From contig CAVHKW010000086.1 in NCBI GenBank assembly GCA_963636745.1, positions 10,931-74,930 of the forward strand: a stretch of DNA of 64,000 nucleotides. The letters run 5' to 3'. Positions within the stretch are counted from its first letter, which is position 1. Every line of letters begins with the position of its first letter. The notes under the pieces were generated by a model. It did not search any database. It saw only the letters and a program-made list of their open reading frames with translations, and was not told the DNA's origin. A program made the position numbers and the translations under genes. Positions 26,524 to 34,775 of this stretch are shown here, piece after piece. Source of the DNA: an uncultured Oscillospiraceae bacterium (GTDB lineage Bacteria; Spirochaetota; Spirochaetia; Sphaerochaetales; Sphaerochaetaceae).

Positions 26524-27807
26524 TCAACCTGCGAAAAAAGTAAAGAGATAGCAGAGAAAGCTGCCGTACTCTTTTTTATCTCTCTCTGCATCTTCAAGAG
26601 TAAGGAGAACAGGATTCCCGGCAACCTCTTTAACACTCTCTTTGAGAGAACGCGCCATCTCGGGAGAGTCGATTACAAGCGCAAGCTCATGAGAGAGCGT
26701 CATCGAGCGGAAATTGAAGTTCGCAGAGCCTATGACAACATATCTGTCGTCGACAACCATTGCCTTCATATGGAACATCGGAAGACTCTCACCGTTCTTA
26801 TCGAGAGAGACGTCATAATACGTTACGCCGCTCTCTCTCAATAGTTTCTCCACTGAATACGTTCCGCCGGAGTGTGCATAGCCTCGTGAATCGACGGAGC
26901 AGTATATCTCGACATCGACACCGCGTCCAACAGCGTCCCTGAGACTTTCCATCATATTCTCGTCAACTGTCGGGAGATACGGACAGAGAAAAATCGAAGA
27001 CTCGGCATCATTGATTAAAGAGCCGAACATACCAGAGAGCGAGACGCTGTCGGAATAGACATTGCGGTTGAAAAGCCATGCCTTGTACCCGCCCTTTTCT
27101 CCTTCGTCGTTGCTCTTGAACTCTTCAGCATTCATCTTGTCGACCGACCCCTCGTTCCAGATCGTGACGAATTCATCGATGAAGAGATTCGAGAGCTCAG
27201 CAGACGAGAAGACATACATGCTGTCTCTCTGGCACTTCTCCCCCGCTCCCATCGATATGTAATTCGTGTTCATACCGCCTATCACGGCAGTACTGCCGTC
27301 GATTACCATCATCTTGCGGTGGTCTCTGACAACAACGGATGAAAGGTTGATCAAATGGGTGAAGCTGAGAGGCGAGTAGATGAGAAGATTGACGCCGCTC
27401 TCTCTCAGGTAATTAAGAGGTGTCATTACAAACCGCGTCTCCGTCATATCGAGATTGGATGTACCGTCGATTATGAAATAGACGTCAACTCCCTCCTCCG
27501 CCTTCTGACACAACAGGTCATACAACGGCTCGAGAGTCGGAGAAGAGGACCCGAGAAATGTCGAAAGGAGAATATAGTCCTCGGCTTCCCCGATAAGCTC
27601 GGTCATCCTCTCGTACCATGCCTCCCCCTCGAAGTACATCTCGGGAAGATCGACAGTAACAGCCTTACCCCCGTAGTAGGTAAGCTTATCTTCAACTGAG
27701 AGTGTATCTGAAAGAGTCACCTCTGAGAGAAAATCCTTTGTGCTCGAGCATGAAACGGCAGAAAAGAGGATAAGAGCCGCCGTAACTAAAGTAAGTATTC
27801 TTCTCAC
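26524..27807 (-). CDS. Secreted phospholipase D / cardiolipin synthase-like protein (two HKD motifs)
   Basis: 427 aa. Signal peptide or lipobox (LFSAVSC). HKD motifs: HRKMMVIDGSTAVIGGMN and HMKAMVVDDRYVVIGSANF. Confidence 0.8.
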   Translation of the reverse strand: MRRILTLVTAALILFSAVSCSSTKDFLSEVTLSDTLSVEDKLTYYGGKAVTVDLPEMYFEGEAWYERMTELIGEAEDYILLSTFLGSSSPTLEPLYDLLCQKAEEGVDVYFIIDGTSNLDMTETRFVMTPLNYLRESGVNLLIYSPLSFTHLINLSSVVVRDHRKMMVIDGSTAVIGGMNTNYISMGAGEKCQRDSMYVFSSAELSNLFIDEFVTIWNEGSVDKMNAEEFKSNDEGEKGGYKAWLFNRNVYSDSVSLSGMFGSLINDAESSIFLCPYLPTVDENMMESLRDAVGRGVDVEIYCSVDSRGYAHSGGTYSVEKLLRESGVTYYDVSLDKNGESLPMFHMKAMVVDDRYVVIGSANFNFRSMTLSHELALVIDSPEMARSLKESVKEVAGNPVLLTLEDAERDKKEYGSFLCYLFTFFAG

Positions 27808-28964
27808 TTTTTCTCCCCATAGTCAAAAGGATGAGGAAGAAGGTCGCTGAATATATAGCGCTCCGTAGTGCCGTCTTCGGAGACAAGAATAACGGGGGTC
27901 TCGGGTCTTATGAACTCGCTCATTACCTGGAGGCATACAGCACACGGCTGAGCCGGAGGAAGAGAGTCTGAAGCGACAACAACCATGTCGATACCGATTG
28001 CGCCCTCTGCCGCGACTGCAGTTGTAATTGCATTGCGCTCTGCACAGATCGTTGCGCCGTAGGATGAGTTTTCAACGTTGCATCCCGAGTAGATACGTCC
28101 CGTCGCTGCCGATACGACAGCCGCCCCGACCTTGAAGTTGGAATAAGGAGCATAAGCGTTGTATCTTACTCTTTTCGCTTCTTCTACCGCCTTCTTCTCC
28201 ATTACCGAGCTCGATAGTGTTCTCTCGAGAGGGGTAATCCAGTTGGCACCGTACTTCTTTGCACCCTTCTTTATATTAAGGAGGTTCTTCACTACATCCT
28301 GGAGCTCTTCAATCGATTTGAATTCGGGAAAATGCGAGAGGTCGTCAATTACAAAGCTTGCGCCTCTTCTCTTTCCCTCCTCGCGTGGGATGGATGTTGT
28401 GAGTGCACAGCAGTATGCGCCGGATGCGAGTCCAGCCTTTATTCCCGAGGCGCTGTCCTCGAAGACGATTGCCTCCTTTCCCTCGAGGCCGAGTTTTATC
28501 ATAGCAAGGGAGAAGATATCGGGACAGGGCTTATTTCTAACAACATCGCTCTCCGTTAGGACCACATCGAAGTCGTCGAATGATAGCCCGAGTGATGCTA
28601 TATTCTCCTTCACACGCCATAGCGGAGCCGATGAGGCGACTGCTGTCTTGACACCGCTCTTCTTCGCCATTGAGAGAAGATCTAAAGTACCTTTCATCTT
28701 CTCACGTGAAGCAAGAAGCTCCGGATATATATTCTTCGAGTATTCAAGAGCCTCCACGGGGTCTACACTAAGCCCCAGATCGGACGCCGTATCTGTAAAG
28801 AGCCTTGTCATGCCCTTACCGAGATTCTTGACGACGTCAGAATCCTTTATGATGATATTCTTTGTTTTGAAAAATGACGTAACAAGTTCGACAGAGACCC
28901 TGGCTGTATCTGTCAGGACACCGTCGACATCGAAAATGAATCCCTTGATCATAATTCCCTCCAC
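27804..28964 (-). CDS. Fusion protein: HAD-superfamily phosphatase (beta-PGM-like) plus cytidine deaminase
   Basis: 386 aa. N-terminal FIFDVDGVLTD and EDSASGIKAG motifs. C-terminal CAERNAI and PCAVCLQ zinc motifs of the Cdd family. Confidence 0.75.
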   Translation of the reverse strand: MEGIMIKGFIFDVDGVLTDTARVSVELVTSFFKTKNIIIKDSDVVKNLGKGMTRLFTDTASDLGLSVDPVEALEYSKNIYPELLASREKMKGTLDLLSMAKKSGVKTAVASSAPLWRVKENIASLGLSFDDFDVVLTESDVVRNKPCPDIFSLAMIKLGLEGKEAIVFEDSASGIKAGLASGAYCCALTTSIPREEGKRRGASFVIDDLSHFPEFKSIEELQDVVKNLLNIKKGAKKYGANWITPLERTLSSSVMEKKAVEEAKRVRYNAYAPYSNFKVGAAVVSAATGRIYSGCNVENSSYGATICAERNAITTAVAAEGAIGIDMVVVASDSLPPAQPCAVCLQVMSEFIRPETPVILVSEDGTTERYIFSDLLPHPFDYGEKK

Positions 28965-29013
28965 TAATATTGTCCCCTTTTCACGGGGGACAACAGTTTA
29001 TCACTTTAAATCT

Positions 29014-30384
29014 TTATTTTCTATGAGCTTTCACGAACTGTCCGTCGCCTTCAAGCCCGAGGTATATACCATCACCCATGATGAGTCTTCCCCTGAGATA
29101 AGTCATCTTGACTCTTCCCATTACGGTTGTTCCTTCGTAAGGCGTGTAACCTGCTGCGGAGTGGGTGGTATCTTTGCTGATAGTCCATATCTCAGACGGA
29201 TCGAAGAGTACTATATCGGCATCACTTCCTTCTCTGAGTATTCCCTTCTTCGGATAGAGGCCGAAGTGCTTTGCGGGTCCCGTCGACAGGAGATTCACTA
29301 TCTGCCCCAGGGAAAGCTGTCCGCTTACATGACCGAAGTTATAGATCAAAGGAAGGAGCTCCTCCGTTCCCGGGATTCCGGGGTAGATGGTTCTGCAGTC
29401 ATGGCTTTCAAGTTTCTGCTCATAGGTGAATGAGCAGTGGTCGGTTGCCACAACCTGAATCTCGCCGTCAATCAAAGCCTCCTGGAGAGCTTCGTTGTCT
29501 TCCTTTGTTCTGAGAGGAGGTGTCATTACATAGAGAGGCCCGAGTTCTCCCTCAAGCTTCGATTTATCGAGAAGAAGATAGTGAGGCGTTGTCTCGACAA
29601 TTACCTTGACTCCCTTTTCTCTGAGATCACGCACAACCTCAAGCCCCTTCTTCGACGAAAGATGGACGATGTATACAGGCATATCGAGTTCGGCCGCGAT
29701 TTCGCCCACATATCTGATTGCAACTGCCTCGGCTTCGCTCGGACGCTGCGCAGCGTGGTCTATCGGTCTGTACTCACCCGTCCAGGAGTCATTTATATCG
29801 CTGATGATCTTGTCATCCTCGCAATGTACACAGACCATGAGTCCGAGATCCCTGCACATCGAGAAGATCGCCTTGAGCTCATCTCTCTTTTCAACCATGT
29901 AGCCGACATTCTTATATGTTGTGAAAATCTTGACAGCCCCGACTCCGCTTGCCTTGAGCTCCTTGAGTTCGGTCTTCAAATCATCACGGTAAGCATATAC
30001 CCCCTGATGAAGAGCGTAGTCGATGCTCATCGCGCTCATCTCTTTCTTTCTCTTCTTTGTGGAGCCCGGGAGTGACACATGGTCATCATCAGCAAAATCG
30101 ATGACTGTCGTAACGCCGCCGAATGCCGCGAGTTTACTTCCTTCCACAAAGGAATCGGCAGTGACGGTTCCCCTGCTCACAAGATGATAGTGCGTGTGCG
30201 CGTCGATAATGCCCGGCAGCACGCAGAGCCCGGAGGCATCAACAATATGTGTGCCCTCGGGACAATCCTCGAGGAGGATGTTTCTTGCAATTCTCTTAAT
30301 TCTCGACCCTTCAACCAATACATCACTGTGGCGGGTCCATTCCGTATCTACAACAAGACCGTTTTTAATAAGTATATTTGCCAT
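29014..30384 (-). CDS. Cyclic amidohydrolase (dihydropyrimidinase/hydantoinase/allantoinase family)
   Basis: 456 aa. PGIIDAHTHYHL metal motif, a carbamylated-Lys-type segment (GAVKIFTTY), and VATDHCSF. Confidence 0.7.
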   Translation of the reverse strand: MANILIKNGLVVDTEWTRHSDVLVEGSRIKRIARNILLEDCPEGTHIVDASGLCVLPGIIDAHTHYHLVSRGTVTADSFVEGSKLAAFGGVTTVIDFADDDHVSLPGSTKKRKKEMSAMSIDYALHQGVYAYRDDLKTELKELKASGVGAVKIFTTYKNVGYMVEKRDELKAIFSMCRDLGLMVCVHCEDDKIISDINDSWTGEYRPIDHAAQRPSEAEAVAIRYVGEIAAELDMPVYIVHLSSKKGLEVVRDLREKGVKVIVETTPHYLLLDKSKLEGELGPLYVMTPPLRTKEDNEALQEALIDGEIQVVATDHCSFTYEQKLESHDCRTIYPGIPGTEELLPLIYNFGHVSGQLSLGQIVNLLSTGPAKHFGLYPKKGILREGSDADIVLFDPSEIWTISKDTTHSAAGYTPYEGTTVMGRVKMTYLRGRLIMGDGIYLGLEGDGQFVKAHRK

Positions 30385-30431
30385 ACCCTAATTGTAGCTG
30401 TACAAATTCAGAAAGGCAAATGAAGAATTTC

Positions 30432-31955
30432 TTAAAGCTGTTCACCCTTATACGGAAAAGCTCTCTCAAGATACCCCAGGTCAAGCTCTCTGTAGAGAGG
30501 AAACCTTTCAAGAAGTGAGATAACCCTCGCTTTCGCATCCTCTTTTACCGACTTTTCGACATGAGCTCTGTTACGGCTTATCTCGCCCTTCTTCTCACCC
30601 TTCTGGATAACAGCCGGGCGGGCGGAAGAGAGAACATCGGTTATAATTGAGGCTATCTCGTCCATTTCATCCTTCCCCATGCCGAGGGTCGTTACGGCGG
30701 CGGTTCCTATCCTCAAGCCCGATGTATACCATGCACCGTTCTTGTCGAATGGAAGAGCGTTGCGGTTGAGTGTAATACCGCACTCTCTGAGAACGCTCTC
30801 GGCCTGTCTTCCGTTAAGGCCGTACTCCGATACATCAAGAAGCATAAGGTGATTGTCGGTTCCACCCGTGAGGACTTTGACTCCCCTCTTCATAAAAGAT
30901 GAAGCAAGATAAGAAGAGTTTTCGACGATTTTTGCCGCATATTTCTTGAACTCATCGCTTTCAGCTTCCTTGAGCGCAATAAGCTTTGCATTCATTACAT
31001 GAGGTAGCGGTCCTCCTATTACAAGCGGACATCCCTTGTCGACGCTCTCCTTGAATTCGCTCTTACAGAGAATCATTCCTCCCCTGGGTCCGCGGAGTGT
31101 CTTATGAGTAGTAGTTGTCACAACATCGGCCCATTTCACGGGATCCCAGTCTCCGGAGAATACTCCACCTGCGACAAGACCGGCGAAGTGTGCCATATCG
31201 ACCATGAAGACGGCACCGACGGAGTGTGCTATCTCGCTCAATCTTTTGAAGTTTATCTTCCTTGAATATGCCGAATAACCCGCAAGAAGGATCAAAGGTC
31301 TGATCTCCTTAGCCATTCTCTCTATCTCATCATAATCCAATAGAGATGTCTCTCTGTCGACGGAGTATGAATAAGAATCAAAGAGCTGGGATGATATGTT
31401 CTGTCTGTAGCCGTGGGTAAGGTGACCGCCGGAGTAGTAGTCCATGCCGAGAAGGCGCTGGTTATGGAGAAGTTCCCTGAGTCTGTTCCAGTCCTCTCTC
31501 TTCATATCACTCGGATTCCTGACACCGAGTTTTTCGAGGGACGGCACCTCGACCCGGGTCGACAATATCGCCCAGTAGGCACAGAGATTTGCATCGGCAC
31601 CGCTGTGGGGCTGCACATAAGCGTGTTCGGCGCCGAAGAGCCTCTTTGCAGTCTCGACAGCCTCCGCCTCTATCTCGTCTATGTTATCGCAGCCGGCATA
31701 AAACCTGTGATAAGGATAGCCTTCTGCATATTTATCTGTTAAAAGGTTGCCCATTGCAGCCTGCACGGAGAGAGATGAGAAATTCTCGCTTGCTATGAGT
31801 TTGAGATTTCTGTTCTGATCCCTGAGTTCCTTTACGACAAGAGATGCCGCCTCGGGCGACACTCTTTCGATCAAATCAAGCTCAGCAAGATACAATGCCA
31901 TTTCGTCGCTAATCGAACCGTTATGCTCTTTCAAGTAATCCTTTAATGCGTTCAT
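30432..31955 (-). CDS. glyA: Serine hydroxymethyltransferase (extended form)
   Basis: LIASENFSS and TTTTHKTLRGPRGG (PLP lysine). I start at ATG 31955, which has a GGAGG SD; the track start at 31979 is less likely. Confidence 0.9.
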   Translation of the reverse strand: MNALKDYLKEHNGSISDEMALYLAELDLIERVSPEAASLVVKELRDQNRNLKLIASENFSSLSVQAAMGNLLTDKYAEGYPYHRFYAGCDNIDEIEAEAVETAKRLFGAEHAYVQPHSGADANLCAYWAILSTRVEVPSLEKLGVRNPSDMKREDWNRLRELLHNQRLLGMDYYSGGHLTHGYRQNISSQLFDSYSYSVDRETSLLDYDEIERMAKEIRPLILLAGYSAYSRKINFKRLSEIAHSVGAVFMVDMAHFAGLVAGGVFSGDWDPVKWADVVTTTTHKTLRGPRGGMILCKSEFKESVDKGCPLVIGGPLPHVMNAKLIALKEAESDEFKKYAAKIVENSSYLASSFMKRGVKVLTGGTDNHLMLLDVSEYGLNGRQAESVLRECGITLNRNALPFDKNGAWYTSGLRIGTAAVTTLGMGKDEMDEIASIITDVLSSARPAVIQKGEKKGEISRNRAHVEKSVKEDAKARVISLLERFPLYRELDLGYLERAFPYKGEQL

Positions 31956-32021
31956 ACAGCCTCCGGACAGTGTAAGCATGTACTTTTATTTGTTTTTCTT
32001 CAAGACAAAAGAATGCCCAAG

Positions 32022-32050
32022 TTGACAACATCAAGCTCTATGTCTACACT
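32022..32050 (+). promoter_or_regulatory. Sigma70-like promoter for infA (TTGACA-N17-TACACT)
   Basis: Read directly. -35 at 32022-27 and -10 at 32045-50. Confidence 0.45.
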
Positions 32051-32077
32051 GTTCAAGGTTTTAACCAGGGAGAAAGA

Positions 32078-32296
32078 ATGGCTAAAGAAGAAGCAATTGA
32101 AGTAGAAGGCGTAGTAAAGGAAGCCTTGCCGAACACAACATTCCGCGTGGAATTGACGAATAAGCTTGTAATACTGGCTCACCTCTCGGGAAAGATGAGA
32201 AAGCATTATATACGTATCGTTCCGGGGGATACTGTGAAAGTGGAGCTCTCACCCTACGATTTGACGAAGGGTAGAATCATCTACAGAGAGCGTTGA
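32078..32296 (+). CDS. infA: Translation initiation factor IF-1
   Basis: 72 aa. [13 protein letters not shown]...FRVEL...[33 protein letters not shown]. Confidence 0.95.
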   Translation: MAKEEAIEVEGVVKEALPNTTFRVELTNKLVILAHLSGKMRKHYIRIVPGDTVKVELSPYDLTKGRIIYRER

Positions 32297-32298
32297 AG

Positions 32299-32321
32299 AA
32301 TGGGCTGAGCGCCCATTTTTT
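32299..32321 (+). terminator. Rho-independent terminator after infA
   Basis: AATGGGC-TGAGC-GCCCATT followed by TTTT. It overlaps the stop codon of the convergent Smr gene. Confidence 0.7.
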
Positions 32322-33909
32322 ATTCCCCTTTTTCCTTGAGAATTATCCACAAAGCCCCGCTTCCGCCTTTAGAGAGGGGCGCCTGGCTTGTCTCCTGGAC
32401 AAGAGGAGACGAAAGAAGTATGGAGAGCGTCAAATCTCTCAGAACGCTGTTTCCACCGTCACTGTGAAGACCCTTACCTGTTATTATGCTGACCTTTCTA
32501 AGTCCGTTGTCGACAGATTCCCCGAGAAACGAGGAGATGAGATCCCCGCTGTCCTTCTGCGTCTCTCCGTGAAGATCGAGCGTCGCCTGGACAGGCATGC
32601 GTCTGAGTTCGTTGATTGTGTATACAGTCTTCTTTTTTCTGTCGTCACCCTTCTCGTGTATGATTTCGCTGAATGTCTTCTCCGAGGGAGATACCTTCTC
32701 TTCATATGTTGTAAGGATCTCGGAAAATGATGTCCCGGGCTTGTACTCGGCGCTTTTCTGACTTGTCTTCGGCTTCTTTATAGGAGCAGGGCTCTCCGTC
32801 TTCCTGACAAAGTTCCCGTTTCTTCCGCCCTTTATCGACCAGGAGACATTATCGGGAACGGTTACACTCTCGTCATCGAGGAAGAAGCTCTTTTCTTCAG
32901 GAAGATCAATATCCTTCTTTTCTTCAGTCTTCTCCTCAACGTGATGTGCCTTCTTAATCTTCCCCTTCTCGTACTCCTCGAGAATTGATGAAAAAGATGA
33001 AGATGGAGAATACTCCTCCGATACTCTTCTGTATTCCTTCTTCTCTTCCTTCACCTCTTCCTTTTTTTCTTCTTTTCTGACGAAGTTTTCATTCTTCCCG
33101 CCGATTATCGACCAGGAGACATTGTCGGGGACAGGAGTCCCGTCATCCTTGAGAAAGAAGCTTGTCTCCTCCGTAATAACGGGACTTTCCTTCTCTTCAG
33201 GGGCCTTTTCCTCCACAGCTTGAACTTTCTTTTTTACCTTTCCCTTTTCGTACTCTTCGAGAATGGATGAAAAGGAGGATGATGGAGTATAGCCGGGAGT
33301 TGTCCTCTTATATCCCTTCTTATCTTCTTTTGGAGTTTCCTCTTTTCTGACAAAGTTCTCGTTTCTCCCGCCCATTACCGACCAGGAGACAGTAGAAGGA
33401 ACATCCTCATCCTTATCGAGAAACATCGTTGAGGCACGTAGAGATTGAGAGACCTCTGCACCCGCCTTCTCTTTGTCGAGTCTCGTCTTCTCCTTCTTCT
33501 CCTCTCTGTATATTCCTTCGTATTCGTTGAGAATGGATGCAAAACTCCGTGTTGCTTTATAAGACGAGAGATTCTCCTCCCTTGAAGGAGTTTTTGTTTT
33601 CTTCTTTTCCCTGCTGCCGCCGCTCTCCCACTCATCGAGTATATCGCCGAAAGAGACAGAGGATGATGCCGCGCTCTTTTTGGGCATACGGTACGGATCC
33701 CCCGTCTTTTCGTATGACGAGAGAATATCGGCAAACGAGAGCGAGGGATTATATCCCTTTACAATCTCTCCCGGTTTTTTTGAAGAAGGCGTTATCTTCT
33801 TCTCCTCCTTCTTCGGCTTGAGCACAACCTTCGAGAAGGGAGAGTATTCTTCCTTTGTTTCATCTATGAGGGTTCTTTTTACATCAATCCCTTTTTTTTT
33901 CTTTCCCAC
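32320..33909 (-). CDS. Smr-domain protein with a long, repetitive, K/E-rich N-terminal region
   Basis: 529 aa. C-terminal Smr domain (LDLHG...IITGKGLHS). N-terminal repeats of the SF(S/A)xILxEYE motif. Confidence 0.8.
   Translation of the reverse strand: MGKKKKGIDVKRTLIDETKEEYSPFSKVVLKPKKEEKKITPSSKKPGEIVKGYNPSLSFADILSSYEKTGDPYRMPKKSAASSSVSFGDILDEWESGGSREKKKTKTPSREENLSSYKATRSFASILNEYEGIYREEKKEKTRLDKEKAGAEVSQSLRASTMFLDKDEDVPSTVSWSVMGGRNENFVRKEETPKEDKKGYKRTTPGYTPSSSFSSILEEYEKGKVKKKVQAVEEKAPEEKESPVITEETSFFLKDDGTPVPDNVSWSIIGGKNENFVRKEEKKEEVKEEKKEYRRVSEEYSPSSSFSSILEEYEKGKIKKAHHVEEKTEEKKDIDLPEEKSFFLDDESVTVPDNVSWSIKGGRNGNFVRKTESPAPIKKPKTSQKSAEYKPGTSFSEILTTYEEKVSPSEKTFSEIIHEKGDDRKKKTVYTINELRRMPVQATLDLHGETQKDSGDLISSFLGESVDNGLRKVSIITGKGLHSDGGNSVLRDLTLSILLSSPLVQETSQAPLSKGGSGALWIILKEKGE
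32760..33560 (-). repeat. Three in-frame tandem repeats of about 270 bp inside the Smr gene
   Basis: The anchor A[TC]CGACCAGGAGACA recurs at 32834, 33107 and 33377. The protein repeats read ...SFFL.D....VPDNVSWSI.GG.N.NFVRKEE... Confidence 0.75.
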
Positions 33910-33911
33910 CC

Positions 33912-34550
33912 TTATACTTCCCTGATATCGAGGACGGAATCAACAATGGGCTTTATGGCATCCCTCAGGACCTCTTTGTCTATGCCGTTCACCTTCATTA
34001 TTATTGTCGAGTAGCCCATTTCGGTGTCGAGGTTACCGATACTGATTATATTAGCCCCTAGCTTATGAAGCGTTTCCGATACCGTGGCTATGACACCGGG
34101 TCTGTCCTTTATACTGAAGCACACCCTCACTCCATAGTGCCTTGTTCCGAAGAGCTCCAATAGGAGTCTGAAGAGATCGCTGCGGGTGACAACTCCGACA
34201 AGCTTTCCGTTGTAATCTATGACAGGAAGAATCGATACATCGAGGTCACTCATCTTTCTGGCAGCCTGTTCGACGGGGTCATCGACATATACTGTAATGA
34301 CCTCTCTGCTCATTACATCGCCGACCTTTAGGAGGGATAGCTGATGTGCAAACTCGACCATGCTCACACGAGTCGCGGGAGTTGCGTTGATGATGTTCTT
34401 CTCGCTGACAATTCCGACAAGATTTCCCTTGTCATCAAGGACCGGAAGGCGCTGGACACCCTCTCTTTTCATTATCTCGTTTGCTTCAAAAACAGGTGTA
34501 TCCGGAGTACATGTTACCGGATTCGGTGTCATTCTCTTTGCTACTGTCAT
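33912..34550 (-). CDS. CBS-pair plus ACT-domain protein (AcuB-like)
   Basis: 212 aa. Two CBS motifs (MTPNPVTCTPDTPV..., VMSREVITVYVDDPV...) and a C-terminal ACT-like segment. Confidence 0.7.
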   Translation of the reverse strand: MTVAKRMTPNPVTCTPDTPVFEANEIMKREGVQRLPVLDDKGNLVGIVSEKNIINATPATRVSMVEFAHQLSLLKVGDVMSREVITVYVDDPVEQAARKMSDLDVSILPVIDYNGKLVGVVTRSDLFRLLLELFGTRHYGVRVCFSIKDRPGVIATVSETLHKLGANIISIGNLDTEMGYSTIIMKVNGIDKEVLRDAIKPIVDSVLDIREV

Positions 34551-34606
34551 TGTTTACTCCTCTTCTTATTTTATGATAAACAAAAAAGAAAGAAAAGAAC
34601 TCTCTC

Positions 34607-34635
34607 TTGAACACTTTCCCCCTCTTTCCTATAAT
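34607..34635 (+). promoter_or_regulatory. Sigma70-like promoter for tRNA-Arg (TTGAAC-N17-TATAAT)
   Basis: -35 at 34607-12 and -10 at 34630-35, 9 nt before the tRNA 5' end. Confidence 0.6.
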
Positions 34636-34644
34636 CACACTCAT

Positions 34645-34716
34645 GGCCCCATGGTTTAATGGATAGAACAAGTCCCTCCTAAGGATTAGATGGCAGTTCG
34701 ATTCTGCCTGGGACCA
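34645..34716 (+). tRNA. tRNA-Arg (anticodon CCT)
   Basis: Hand-folded cloverleaf. Acceptor GGCCCCA/TGGGACC (one C-A mismatch), D stem GTTT/GAAC, anticodon stem AGTCC/GGATT with loop CTCCTAA, T arm GGCAG-TTCGATT-CTGCC. CCA is not encoded. Confidence 0.85.
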
Positions 34717-34775
34717 TATTTTTTACTTTCCAATCCTCTCATTACTCATGGTATTATGTCATAGGAAGAGGAACT

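Noticed and set aside
26524-27807. The PLD-family protein as a defence nuclease
   Set aside because: It has an export signal and cardiolipin-synthase/phospholipase-like HKD spacing. Its operon partners are small secreted proteins, not helicases or methylases.
28159-29433. 424-aa plus-strand ORF, the longest unexplained ORF in the track
   Set aside because: It is antisense to two well-supported minus-strand genes (HAD-cytidine deaminase and amidohydrolase) and runs straight across their intergenic gap. It is S/T/F-rich and low in complexity, with no motifs and no SD. It is a typical shadow ORF.
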